A DNA stretch of 42,057 bases from the NCBI RefSeq assembly GCF_001194135.2, contig NC_068982.1:3435786-3477842 (forward strand), written 5' to 3'. The position numbers and the translations under genes were made by a program. The notes under the pieces are model-generated. The model worked only from the letters and a program-made list of their open reading frames with translations. It was not told where the DNA came from and did no database searches. This stretch comes from Octopus bimaculoides (taxonomy: Eukaryota). Of this stretch, positions 23,768 through 33,984 are shown in pieces. The first letter of the stretch is position 1; each line of letters starts with the position of its first letter.

Positions 23768-24624
23768 GTGTCCGGCGCACAGAAAAGAAAGAAAATATTT
23801 ATATAGCTTTATGTAAATATAATTGTATACAGCGTTTCAGAATTTAAGAACCAATCGCGTGTATTTGTCTTTCATCCGTGTTTTTCCAATAGACAAATGA
23901 TTTTAGTTGATCGACCGATCAACAACACCGGTACTAAGCTATTATCGACAGCATTACTCACTGATTTATAGTAACTCAACATATTTATCGAAAAGAAAAT
24001 TCTTCCTACAGTAAATAGCAACGATTAGTTATCGTGAGGAATTTACCGTTGCTGCTCACATGAAGCACAGGAAATAGATTAGGGACCATATTTTATTGCT
24101 GCCAAGAGCGGAAACATTACGGCAACATAAAACTTGCTTAATAACATTACTTCAAACTTGCTATATTCTATGTATCAGACCCGTCATTTGATTGTTCCAG
24201 GCTCTTCTCATACTCCATTTACTTTTGTTAAGCAATAGATTGCTTGTAGTGTCTTAATGAACTTTGCTAATATCAACTGTCCAAGTGTTTCTGTTTTCCT
24301 TTTAGCATCTTTCTTTCTCATATTTTCTTCCTTCGCCTTCTTTTCTTAATTTTCGTCTTCATAATTTATTAATTCTTTCTTCCTTGTTCTATCAGCTATC
24401 TTCATGAATTTTTATCTTAAATTGCTAGTTTGCCTGTATGTGTGTGTGTGTGTGTGTGTGTGTCTATATACGTATATAATATGAACGTGTATTCTTCGCG
24501 TATTCATAGATTAGTTAAACAACAAATATAAATTCAAGATGGTAGTTTTCAGGAGATGCGCCTACTAATTCGAGAAGATTGATGTTTGATGCAGTTATTA
24601 ATTATGTATGCCAAATCGCTAGAT

Positions 24625-24930
24625 ACATCCGGCTAATTGGCAAAAATTCATTCACCAACACGCTACAACTAATAGACCACAGACATTCTCTCCTCTCTGT
24701 CTCTTCTCTCACCGCCACAACAGCGTCGCCTCTGAACTAACGGGCCACCTCCTACCTACAACCTTATCCATTCTACACCCTGCCCCGTACCCTCTCCTCA
24801 TCTTATGTCTACTGTGTTACATCTCCCTCAAAAATCACTTTATCGTTTTCGCTCAAAATTCTACACTCTAGAATTCCCTGCCAGCCTATATTTGACTCTT
24901 CAGGTATTCCCACTTTCTTTCATTGACTTA
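24625..24930 (+). mobile_element. CR1-like LINE 3' fragment
   Basis: Frameshifted translation YIRLIGKNSFTNTLQLIDHRH / SPLCLFSHRHNSVASELTG / L*NSLPAYI resembles the CR1-group ORF2 C-terminus (IRLIG...LQPLAHRR..SSLCLFYRY...LWNSLP). Confidence 0.6.
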
Positions 24931-24997
24931 TCAAAAGTATTTTGCTTTAAATTACGCACAAAGAATGTAATAATACTAATAATAATAATAATAACAA

Positions 24998-25354
24998 CAT
25001 TACCAGCAGATGACAACGTTTCCCTAAAAGAAATGGAAAAACTTTCAAAATACAAAGACCTGGAAATAGAGATAACTCGAATGTGGAGTCTAAAAACAGA
25101 AACAATTCCTATCATAGTAGGTGCCTTAGGTATAATAAAAAAATATTCAGACAAATACATAACAAAAACACCAGGACTTACAAATATATATAACATACAG
25201 AAAATTGCACTACTGGGCACTGCACACATCCTACGCAAAACACTTTCAATACAGTAATCATAAGAGCATCACAGCAAACCACAGCACATACCCAAGGCGC
25301 ACAGAGCTGCGCTCGGTAGTGAAGTGAAAGCACGTTATAAAAATAAAACTACTG
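24998..25354 (+). mobile_element. R4/Dong-like RLE non-LTR retrotransposon, 5'-truncated, flanked by (AAT)n on both sides
   Basis: PADDNVSLKEMEKLSKYKDLEIEITRMWSLKTETIPIIVGALG...LLGTAHILRKTLSIQ* is intact, followed by a 3' UTR of about 100 bp that ends in (AAT)n. Confidence 0.9.
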
Positions 25355-25388
25355 AATAATAATAATAATAATAATATCATTATTATTA

Positions 25389-25571
25389 AAGCGGTGAGCT
25401 GACAGAACCATTAGCACGCAAGCAAAATTGCTTAGCGACATTTCGTCCGTCTTTACGTTCTGAGTTCAAATTCCGCTGAGGAGTCAATGAAATAAGTACC
25501 ACTTACACACTGGAGTTGATATAATCGAGTACTCCCCAAAAATGTCAGGCCTTGTGCGTATAGTAGAAAGG
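25389..25571 (+). mobile_element. SINE family A (tail type 1), internally deleted, (ATT)n tail
   Basis: Head GCGGTGAGCTGACAG, B box GAGTTCAAATTCC, tail GGCCTTGTGCGTATAGTAGAAAGG followed by (ATT)n. Confidence 0.87.
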
Positions 25572-25612
<41 letters not shown>

Positions 25613-25613
<1 letters not shown>

Positions 25614-26312
25614 TCTTTATTAACCACAAAGGGTTTACATAAAAAAATATTGTGGACATCAGAGAACAAATAGAAATATGGGATTAGGTGAAAGTCGTGT
25701 AAACAAGGAAAACATTCGATTATAATAACAAAATTTCCTCAAAGAGGGAGACGTCCTAAGACTGCGCGTGGAAACACCACAGATCCACGACAGGCCTGAC
25801 CACCAGAGTAAGTACTTTCTTCACAAGTCTATGCTTAGAGTAGGCCCATTCATTCGGGTCGTTCTTAGAACATTCACCCACCTCTGAACAAAATTGCTGC
25901 GGGGAAAGAACTTCCCTCTCCACCCTCAACTTCCTTTTCAAGTGAAACTTGAAAACGTTGATGAGAGCTTGACCAAAGAGGAAAGTGTCTGTCTTCAGCC
26001 CTTTCAACCTGGTCTACGTTTGATCCAGGACTGCAGCTCAGCCAAAGAGACGAGTTGTAGGAAATCGCGTCTGACAAACAGCAACCACACCTGCTCACCG
26101 TCTAGGAAACGCTGGAGATACCGCAGCCTCAGCTCATGTCTTCACATCAATAGCCACAGCATGCCCATCCCTCCATTTAGCGGGTGTTGACAGTAAATAG
26201 AGCACCTAACCAGTGGAACGCGTCCCTTCCACAGAAAGCAGGAAAGTAGGCGCTCCAGTTCGGCCAGACCCAAACAGGATTTGAACACGGAACATAAAGA
26301 CCGATGCAATAC
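25613..26312 (-). mobile_element. L1/Tx1-like LINE 3' fragment with internal deletion
   Basis: Minus-strand translation LAELERLLSCFLWKGRVPLVRCSIYCQHPLNGGMGM...LQSWIKRRP joins KGLKTDTFLFGQALINVFKFHLKRKLRVEREVLS...RWVNV. The 3' end AATAAAGAAAT runs into (AAT)n. Confidence 0.75.
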
Positions 26313-26322
26313 CCATATACAA

Positions 26323-26460
26323 AGGTGGCGAGCGGGTAGAAGTTGACTTTGCTTTTCGTCCCTTTGAGGGGGTTGACAAAATAAATCCCAGTTAAATTAC
26401 CGGGGCCTCAAACTCCCAGTTAAATTGCGTTGACCTTGTGCCAATTTGTAGAAAGAATTA
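26323..26460 (+). mobile_element. SINE family A, degenerate and internally deleted
   Basis: GGTGGCGAGC head, GTTGACTTTGCTTTTCGTCC core, CCTTGTGCCAATTTGTAGAAAGAAT tail. Confidence 0.65.
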
Positions 26461-26715
26461 TCTCTGAATACTTTTGACTCGCTCAATCATGGCTAAACTG
26501 AAACTATTTCATTGTCCAATTTAATGTTGACGATGAATATCGAGATAACGTCATGGGTTTCCCTGTTGCGCAATGACCACAACCAAATTAGCGACTAAAA
26601 ATAAAAGCTAATAAATGTCTTCCTGGAGCGAAATCTACCCATGGGGCCGGTTACCCGGTTTCTGTGGCGCAAATATCTCCACCATGACCACCACTTGACG
26701 GGATTGCGGACCGTC

Positions 26716-26839
26716 GCCAAGTGAGGAGACTGGAGCAACATAAAATGAAGAGTTTTGCTCAAGCGCACAACGCATTGCCCGGTCCATGAATCAAATTGAT
26801 GATCATCAATGTAATGCGTTGACCACTAAGTCACGTGCC
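26716..26839 (-). mobile_element. SINE family B 5' portion, head-to-head with the tRNA-hammerhead element
   Basis: Reverse complement GGCACGTGACTTAGTGG...GCGTTGTGCGCTTGAGCAAAACTCTTCATTTTATGTTGCTCCAGTC. Confidence 0.75.
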
Positions 26840-26911
26840 GCCACATATGGCGTAGTGGTTAAGAGCGCGGGCTACTAATCCCAAGATTCCGAGTTCGATT
26901 CCAGGCAGTCA

Positions 26912-26956
<45 letters not shown>

Positions 26957-26960
26957 TAAT

Positions 26961-27409
26961 GATATGAGTATTCCCTGCGATCATAATATAGCGGCGAAAG
27001 AATTTGATAAGATCAGTAAATATAAAGACTCGCTAATAGAAATTGAAAAAATGTGGCACCTCAAGGCGACTACCGTACCAGTGATTGTAGGATCTCTAGG
27101 AATGATAAAAAAAAAAGGTACTGAAACCTATTTGAAAATGATACCAGGCTTACCATTCCTACAGGAAGTGCAAAAAATCGTGTTAACTGGAACGGCTCAT
27201 GTACTGAGAAGAGCATTATCGCTATGAAAACAACAACCATTCATGAATTTTTTTATTTATTAATTTTAATTTTTTTTTTAAATACATATTCTACCTGTGA
27301 ATTTGCGTGTGTAAACTGGGTATGCATACAATGAGCTTCTCTGCCCTAGGTGTACGGAAAACACTCGACGAGGAATGGAAGAAAATTTGAAGAGAGAAGA
27401 AAAAAAAAC

Positions 27410-27410
<1 letters not shown>
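26961..27410 (+). mobile_element. R4/Dong-like RLE retrotransposon, 5'-truncated, inserted in (AAT)n
   Basis: DMSIPCDHNIAAKEFDKISKYKDSLIEIEKMWHLKATTVPVIVGSLG...LTGTAHVLRRALSL*; the 3' UTR ends at (TAA)n. Confidence 0.9.
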
Positions 27411-27461
<51 letters not shown>

Positions 27462-27520
27462 CAACAACAACATCGGAAAATACTTTAGGAATGAGAACCC
27501 AGGTTCGAAATTCCCGTCAA

Positions 27521-27566
27521 GACACCTGATGAAGGCTGGAGGGTATACCAGCCGAAACATTGTGTT
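27521..27566 (+). ncRNA. Minimal type I hammerhead motif, copy 2 (G16.2>A variant)
   Basis: GACAC-CUGAUGA-A-GGCUG-GAGGGUAUAC-CAGCC-GAAA-C-A-U-U-GUGUU. Confidence 0.6.
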
Positions 27567-27902
27567 AAAAAACAAGATGAGGACAAATATCCGTCAAATA
27601 TAAATAATGTAAATTATGTATGTTAATGAATGGTTCAAAATATATAGACATCCTCCCTTTCTGGCTTTTGTTTTTTTATTATTATTTTTTTTTAATTTCA
27701 AGGATGTCGTGAACAAAATTGAGAGTCGACTCTGCACATGCGCCGTGAAAACAACTGGAAGACGAAACAATTAATTGAATAGTAAAGTCGAACGCTTTAC
27801 ATTTTATCCGGTGTGCTAATGATCCTTCCAGATCGACGCCTTCTTAGTAGGAGTAGTAGTAGTAGTAGTAGTGGTGGTGGTGGTGGGAGTAGTAGTAGTC
27901 CG

Positions 27903-28022
27903 TTCTACTATAGGCACACGATTTAAAATTTTTGGAGAAGGGAGAGACATCCCTCAAAAACGGACGAAATGCCGCTAAACATTTAGTCCAGAGTATTAAC
28001 GGTACCGCTAGCACGCCGTCTT
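27903..28022 (-). mobile_element. SINE family A (tail type 1), internally deleted, older copy
   Basis: Tail TTCTACTATAGGCAC... joined directly to head GACGAAATGCCGCTAAACAT...GCACGCCGTC. Confidence 0.7.
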
Positions 28023-28033
28023 AATTTAAATAT

Positions 28034-28254
28034 TTACTTCTTTATTGTCCACAAGGGGCTAAACATAGAGGGGACAAACAAGGACAGACAAAAATGGTTT
28101 AAGTCGATTATATCGACCCCAGTGCGTAACTGGTACTTATTTAATCGACCCCGAAAAGACGAAAGGCAAAGTCGACCTCGGCGGAATTTGAACTCAGAAC
28201 GTAACGACAGACGAAATACAACTAAGTTAACGATTCTGCCAGCTCACCGCCCTT
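28034..28254 (-). mobile_element. SINE family A (tail type 2) with 17-bp TSD
   Basis: TSD CGTCTTAATTTAAATAT at 28017-28033 and 28255-28271. Confidence 0.92.
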
Positions 28255-28559
28255 CGTCTTAATTTAAATATATCAGCTCAAATCTAGCAGGCTCAACCAA
28301 GGCTGAGTATTCCGTCCTTTCTTTATTTTGCTTTTTTTTTGTTTTTGTGTTTTTTTGTTTTTGTTTTGTTTTGTTTTGTTTTGTTTTCCTAATATATCTA
28401 GGACTACATGATAGAAATTATGCTTCCTTCTTTTGAGGTCGTAGATTAGGGTTTGAGGAAGATTTGGCTGCTATTCTCGAGTGAGGACATAGAAGTCTCT
28501 TGTAATAGCAATGACGTTAATACGAGTGATTCGACAATAGTAGTTTTGATAATGTTGAT

Positions 28560-28800
28560 AATGGCTCGATGGCGGCGGCGGCGACAGCTTCGCTGCTGGT
28601 GGTGGTGGTGTTTTTGGTGGCGGCGGCGGCGGCGATGACGAAGATCATGATGGTGACGGTGAAGATTACCATTACGAAAATATCCTTTGTCAGTAGTTAA
28701 TGATGGCAGGCGATGGTGGTGGGGAGGGGGTCGTAATGATCGAATTATTAATTCGATTGCCGTGACGGCGGCGGTGGTGGTGGTGGAGGTGGGTAGGAGC
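28560..28800. repeat. Degenerate (GGC/GGT/GAT)n trinucleotide low-complexity tract
   Basis: Direct reading. Confidence 0.8.
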
Positions 28801-28987
28801 GGCAGTACTTCTTTTTCTTTTACGTTTTTGTTATTTTCTTCCTTTTTTTTTTGTTATTCTTTTTCTTTTTTATTTGTTCTCCCAGCCAGAATCCATAGAA
28901 AGAAATGCCAGTGGCACTGGAATTGTGGGTATTATTATATGAATTGTTTGAATTGAACAAAGAAGGCAAAAGAAGTATAGGAGAATG

Positions 28988-28994
28988 TATTATA

Positions 28995-29029
<35 letters not shown>

Positions 29030-29229
29030 GTATATATGTATATGTATATATATATATGTATATATATATATATGTTTATATATATATATGTGTATATACA
29101 GTATGTATGTGTGTATATAAATATATATGTATGTATGTATATATGTATATATGTGTATCTATATATATATGCATGTATGTATACATGTATGTATATATAT
29201 ATATATATGTACGTATGTATATATATATG

Positions 29230-29302
<73 letters not shown>

Positions 29303-29367
29303 AAATATTTGCATGTATGCATATATATATGCATATATATATGCATGTATATATGTATATATATATG

Positions 29368-29456
<89 letters not shown>

Positions 29457-29650
29457 ATATATATATGTATGTGTATATATATGCATGTATATATATATAT
29501 ATTTATACATACATGTATATATACATATATACATATACATGTATGTATATATATGTGTATATATGTATGTATATATATATTTATGTATATATATATATAT
29601 GTATACCTATAAATATATATATATATATGTATGTATATGTATATATTCAT
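28988..29650. repeat. Long compound (TA)n/(TATG)n/(TACA)n microsatellite
   Basis: About 660 bp; explains the YIYIYM ORFs. Confidence 0.97.
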
Positions 29651-29913
29651 GTATGTACTTTATTATACGCCCATGTGGAGGCTGTGTGTGTACAAGTTGC
29701 CGCTTTCACGTGTATATTTGTGTACAGGAAAATCTTTTTGATTTTCTGTTTGTCTGAGAGCAACGTAGAAAACGGATGTATGAGTGTGTTTATGTCCTTA
29801 TATACGCCCGTGTCTACATGTGTGTGTGTGTATCTGTTTAGGGAAGATAGGAGTGTGGCTGTGTGTGGGTTGTATGTATACGTGTGAGTGTTTGTAAATG
29901 TGTGTGTGCGTGT

Positions 29914-29959
<46 letters not shown>

Positions 29960-30688
29960 CAAGGACTGTTTACGTTGTTCATATTGTTGGTCTTAATACA
30001 AGAAGTGGTGTACGTTATTGTTGGCTTAGAATAGTTGATAGTGGTGCTGATGATGGTGGTGGTNNNNNNNNNNNNNNNNNNNNNNNNNNNNNNNNNNNNN
30101 NNNNNNNNNNNNNNNNNNNNNNNNNNNNNNNNNNNNNNNNNNNNNNNNNNNNNNNNNNNNNNNNNNNNNNNNNNNNNNNNNNNNNNNNNNNNNNNNNNNN
30201 NNNNNNNNNNNNNNNNNNNNNNNNNNNNNNNNNNNNNNNNNNNNNNNNNNNNNNNNNNNNNNNNNNNNNNNNNNNNNNNNNNNNNNNNNNNNNNNNNNNN
30301 NNNNNNNNNNNNNNNNNNNNNNNNNNNNNNNNNNNNNNNNNNNNNNNNNNNNNNNNNNNNNNNNNNNNNNNNNNNNNNNNNNNNNNNNNNNNNNNNNNNN
30401 NNNNNNNNNNNNNNNNNNNNNNNNNNNNNNNNNNNNNNNNNNNNNNNNNNNNNNNNNNNNNNNNNNNNNNNNNNNNNNNNNNNNNNNNNNNNNNNNNNNN
30501 NNNNNNNNNNNNNNNNNNNNNNNNNNNNNNNNNNNNNNNNNNNNNNNNNNNNNNNNNNNNNNNNNNNNNNNNNNNNNNNNNNNNNNNNNNNNNNNNNNNN
30601 NNNNNNNNNNNNNNNNNNNNNNNNNNNNNNNNNNNNNNNNNNNNNNNNNNNNNNNNNNNNNNNNNNNNNNNNNNNNNNNNNNNNNNNN

Positions 30689-30770
30689 GTGGTGGTGGTG
30701 GTGGTGGTCATCGTCGTCGCCGTTTGTCGAAATCGTTGTGGTCAGGCGTTGATTGTTTTTCTGCCAAAGT

Positions 30771-30815
<45 letters not shown>

Positions 30816-30938
30816 ACAGCAGCAGAAGCGCGCAGCCGCGGCAGATGCAATGGTGGTGGTGGTGGTAGTAGTAATAGTAGTAGTGGTGGGAGGTACTGTG
30901 GATGCTTCTGATGGATGCTTGTGATAGCGGCGGCGCCG

Positions 30939-30976
<38 letters not shown>

Positions 30977-31031
30977 TGTGGTGGTGGTATTCTGTGGTAG
31001 AGAATTTACTGAATCTGCTTTTGAGAGAGAC

Positions 31032-31068
<37 letters not shown>

Positions 31069-31090
31069 GAAAGGGAGGGAGGCAGGGAGG
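30689..31090. repeat. Compound (TAG)n/(TGG)n/(GACA)n/(GGGA)n tract
   Basis: Direct reading. Confidence 0.88.
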
Positions 31091-31376
31091 GAGAGAGAGA
31101 GAAAGATTCCAATAATGGTATTGATGTAAGTTGACGTTTGTTGATTTACAATTTGAAACACTGTGTATGGCAATGTTGACATAAGAGATTGGGTTTTACA
31201 GAGGAGCCGTTTGAAGATTGGCCATTTCTACAGATGATCGACTGAAGAGAGCCGCGCGGAGAAGAATAAGACGCCAAAATGACGCGCGGCGGCGAGAAGG
31301 ACAATGAGCAATGGATTGGTACATTGTTGTGTGGGGATGTTGTATCTAGAACGGAGGGACAGAGTATGATGGCATA

Positions 31377-31684
31377 CAGTTCTAGATTTAAGAGATGAAG
31401 AATTATGTACATTATTTACATTATTTACATTTGATGGATATTTCTCATCATCTTGTTTGTTGTTAACAAGCTTCAGCTGATATACCCTCCAGCCTTCATC
31501 AGGTGCCTTGGGGAAATTTCGAATCTGGGTTCTCATTCCTAAGGTATTTTTCGAATAAGAACCCAGGTTCGAAATTCTCCCAAGACACCTGATGAAGGCT
31601 GGAGGGTATATCAGCCGAAACATTGTGTTAAAAAAACAAGATGAGGACAAATATCCGTCGAATGTAAATAATGTAAATAATGTA
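31377..31684. mobile_element. Head-to-head inverted pair of hammerhead-bearing tails (no tRNA head)
   Basis: A minus copy at 31377-31554 and a plus copy at 31555-31684. Arms 31408-31537 and 31554-31684 are imperfect inverted repeats around a 16-nt spacer. Confidence 0.88.
31584..31629 (+). ncRNA. Minimal type I hammerhead motif, copy 3 (G16.2>A variant)
   Basis: GACAC-CUGAUGA-A-GGCUG-GAGGGUAUAU-CAGCC-GAAA-C-A-U-U-GUGUU. The opposite-strand copy 4 (31468-31507) is degraded (GAAG, stem I 3' arm lost). Confidence 0.6.
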
Positions 31685-31838
31685 GTGTATGGCATGTTCT
31701 TTGATTGTATGTGGAACATGATGTGGTGGAGATGAGGGACGTGTAATGAGCGGTTTTTAGCATGTTATGTGAAATGTATCGCGTGTTGTGCGTCGTTTGT
31801 GATTTGTGGTTTGTTGTTTATAATGTATGCTGTGTAAA

Positions 31839-32167
31839 GTGAAGCTGTGTGGCTTAATGGTTTGGGTATTTGACTCACAATGGTAAGGTCTCAAGTTTGA
31901 TTCCCAGCTGTCTCTGTGCGTTGTGCCCATTACCAAGACATTTTATTTCATGTTACTCTAGTCCACTGTTCTGGCAAAAATGAGTTGTACCTGTAATTCA
32001 AAGTGGGCCAGCCTTGTCACATTCTGTCTCATGCTGAATCTCCCTGAGAACTACGTTAAGGGTGTCTGTGGAGTACTCAGCCACTTGCACGCTAATTTCA
32101 CGAGCAGGCTCTTCCGTCGATCGGATGGACTGGAACCCTCGTCGTCGTCGTAACTGACGGGTTGCCC
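31839..32167 (+). mobile_element. SINE family B, full length
   Basis: A box TGGCTTAATGG, B-box-like AAGTTTGATTCCC; the body matches the reverse complement of 8541-8859. Confidence 0.9.
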
Positions 32168-32169
32168 AT

Positions 32170-32470
32170 TTATGTTGTGTATGATCTGGGTAATGTATGA
32201 TGAATTTGCGTGTGGTTTCTGAAGCTATATCTGTGAGAGTAAAAATACAGGAACTGGTTATTCGCTTTCACCAAACGTGAACAATCTGGTTTCTCCTTCA
32301 GATGATTGGTCCTTTGAAGTCCGCTCTAATAGTCTTTTGTCCTGACAACTCCAACACTTTCTAAGAATTTGTCCACCTCGACCAGAGTTTTTATTAATCT
32401 GCTATTGTCGAATATTTAAAACAGAAATTCCTTAATTTCTTCTCTCTTTATCTTTTAGGCTTCACATTGT
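32170..32470 (-). mobile_element. RTE-like LINE, AP-endonuclease remnant
   Basis: Frameshifted peptides EEIKEF...EVDKFLESV, TIRADFKG (cf. VIGADFNG) and HRYSFRNHTQIHHTL (cf. TQIDHIL). Confidence 0.4.
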
Positions 32471-33286
32471 TTCATACCTTCAAATATTTTTTGCTTTTTT
32501 GACTTTGTGGGTTTTTTTCTTTTTGTTCTTTTGTTGTTGTTACTGTGTCTGTGTGTTTTCTTATTGATGCTGATATACTTACTGATTAGACTGTTTTTCG
32601 TCCCTGTATGTCTTTGGGTGTTTTTTTCCCCTCCTTTCCATGTTGTTTTAGTGCTTATGCTAGTTTATGGAATTCTGGGGTTTCTGGACCTTCATCCAAC
32701 TTTCTGAGAGGTTTTATGATGGGCAATGTTGTATTGATATTTCCCTTTCTATCAATAATTTGCCAATCTTTGCAGAGTTCTTTCTCTCGTCGTCTTTTGA
32801 CGAGAATTCACAGAAGGAACCTGGAAGCTGATTGATTTCTCTGTGTGTTTATATCCTTTGTGCTTCTTTTTCTGTTGTTCTTCTTGGTGTTGTTGGTGTT
32901 GCTTCTGTTGTTTTTTAATTTGTTGTAGAGTGGGCAGCGAAAGCATTTTGACAGAAGACAAAACACTTCACGTAGCTACTGCTACCAAAAGTGCAATCCC
33001 ATTCCCTCTTGCCTGCCACCATAACACATTTTGGAACCTCAGTATCCACGTAAATGATTCGAGGATCCTTTGTAAGTTTACTGATGTGTGAAACATCTGC
33101 ACCTTGTAGAAAGTAGAAGTAAGATGCGCAGAATTAATCGCAAGAAGATATTCCAGGTACACCCACGCTTTCTATTAATCATCATTGTGTTAAACCGTCT
33201 GACAAGCATACAGAGAAAATCGGAGGCCTACCAATGAATAACTGAAGCCAGAGTGAAAATAAATCGCATATCAATATCCTTCCACT

Positions 33287-33938
33287 TTGCAGTTTGGGGC
33301 AAATCAGTGACCAGTCTTAATTATGAAGAGAGGCCGAAATTTAAACACTTATCGTATAAAATGACCACAAGATCATATCGTTAGATTGTTGAGAAATAAT
33401 TAGGCATACAAATAGGTAGGGATGCTGCAGGATGTTAGGCTAATGGAAGGAGAAATAAGAAAGCCTCTAAAGAGTACACGAGAAGATTTAAGAAGGTAAT
33501 CGAAATACAATTAAATGGAGGAAATTTTATCAAACCAAGAATACAGGGCCATGCCAGTATTAAGATACTCAGCTGCTATGGACAAAGACAGAGCTACAGG
33601 AATTAGATAAAAGAACTAGGAAGCTTCGGAGAGCAAGAACTGAATCTAAAGTGAATGCAATAAACCAGCACAAAACCAGTATAAAAGCAGGCATGACTGT
33701 GTCAGTTAAAGAAAGTCGGTTAAACAATGTGTCGGTTAACCGAGTGTGTGGATTCAAAGCAGCAGAAAAATGGTACGATCATGAAGTTGAAGTTGTGATG
33801 TAATAACAGGATTTTAAGGCGTTTCCCCATAAAGACCAACCATACACTTGAAGCAAGAAGACCGGATATGATTGTAGAAAACAAAAACAGTTTAAGATTA
33901 TAGACTTTGCCATACCATATGATAATAGAAGCATAAAT
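33287..33938 (+). mobile_element. R4/Dong-like retrotransposon remnant (RT C-terminus to RLE), old and internally deleted
   Basis: Frameshifted motifs LQFG...VLIMKRG, KEYTRRFKKV..QLNGGNFIK, PVLRYSA/WTKTELQELDKRTRKL, SECNKPAQNQYKSRHD, EKWYDHE, EARRPDMIV, KIIDFAIPYD. Confidence 0.85.
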
Positions 33939-33984
33939 ATACAAAGGTTTCTCCTTCAGATGATTGGTCCTTTGAAGGATTGTT

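Larger units (their letters stand above)
26844..27620 (+). mobile_element. tRNA-head/(AAT)n/hammerhead element, copy 2, split by a nested R4/Dong-like insertion
   Basis: Head 26844-26915 (A box TGGCGTAGTGG, B box GAGTTCGATTCC), (AAT)n 26916-26960, insert 26961-27410, (AAT)n/(AAC)n 27411-27470, tail 27466-27620. Confidence 0.8.

Noticed and set aside
24170-24430. Possible decayed LINE fragment on the minus strand
   Set aside because: No motif could be aligned with confidence.
26844-26915. Possible tRNA gene (also 3921-3996 and the SINE A/B heads)
   Set aside because: A and B boxes are present, but the acceptor stem does not pair and the sequence runs into (AAT)n. These are SINE heads, not tRNA genes.
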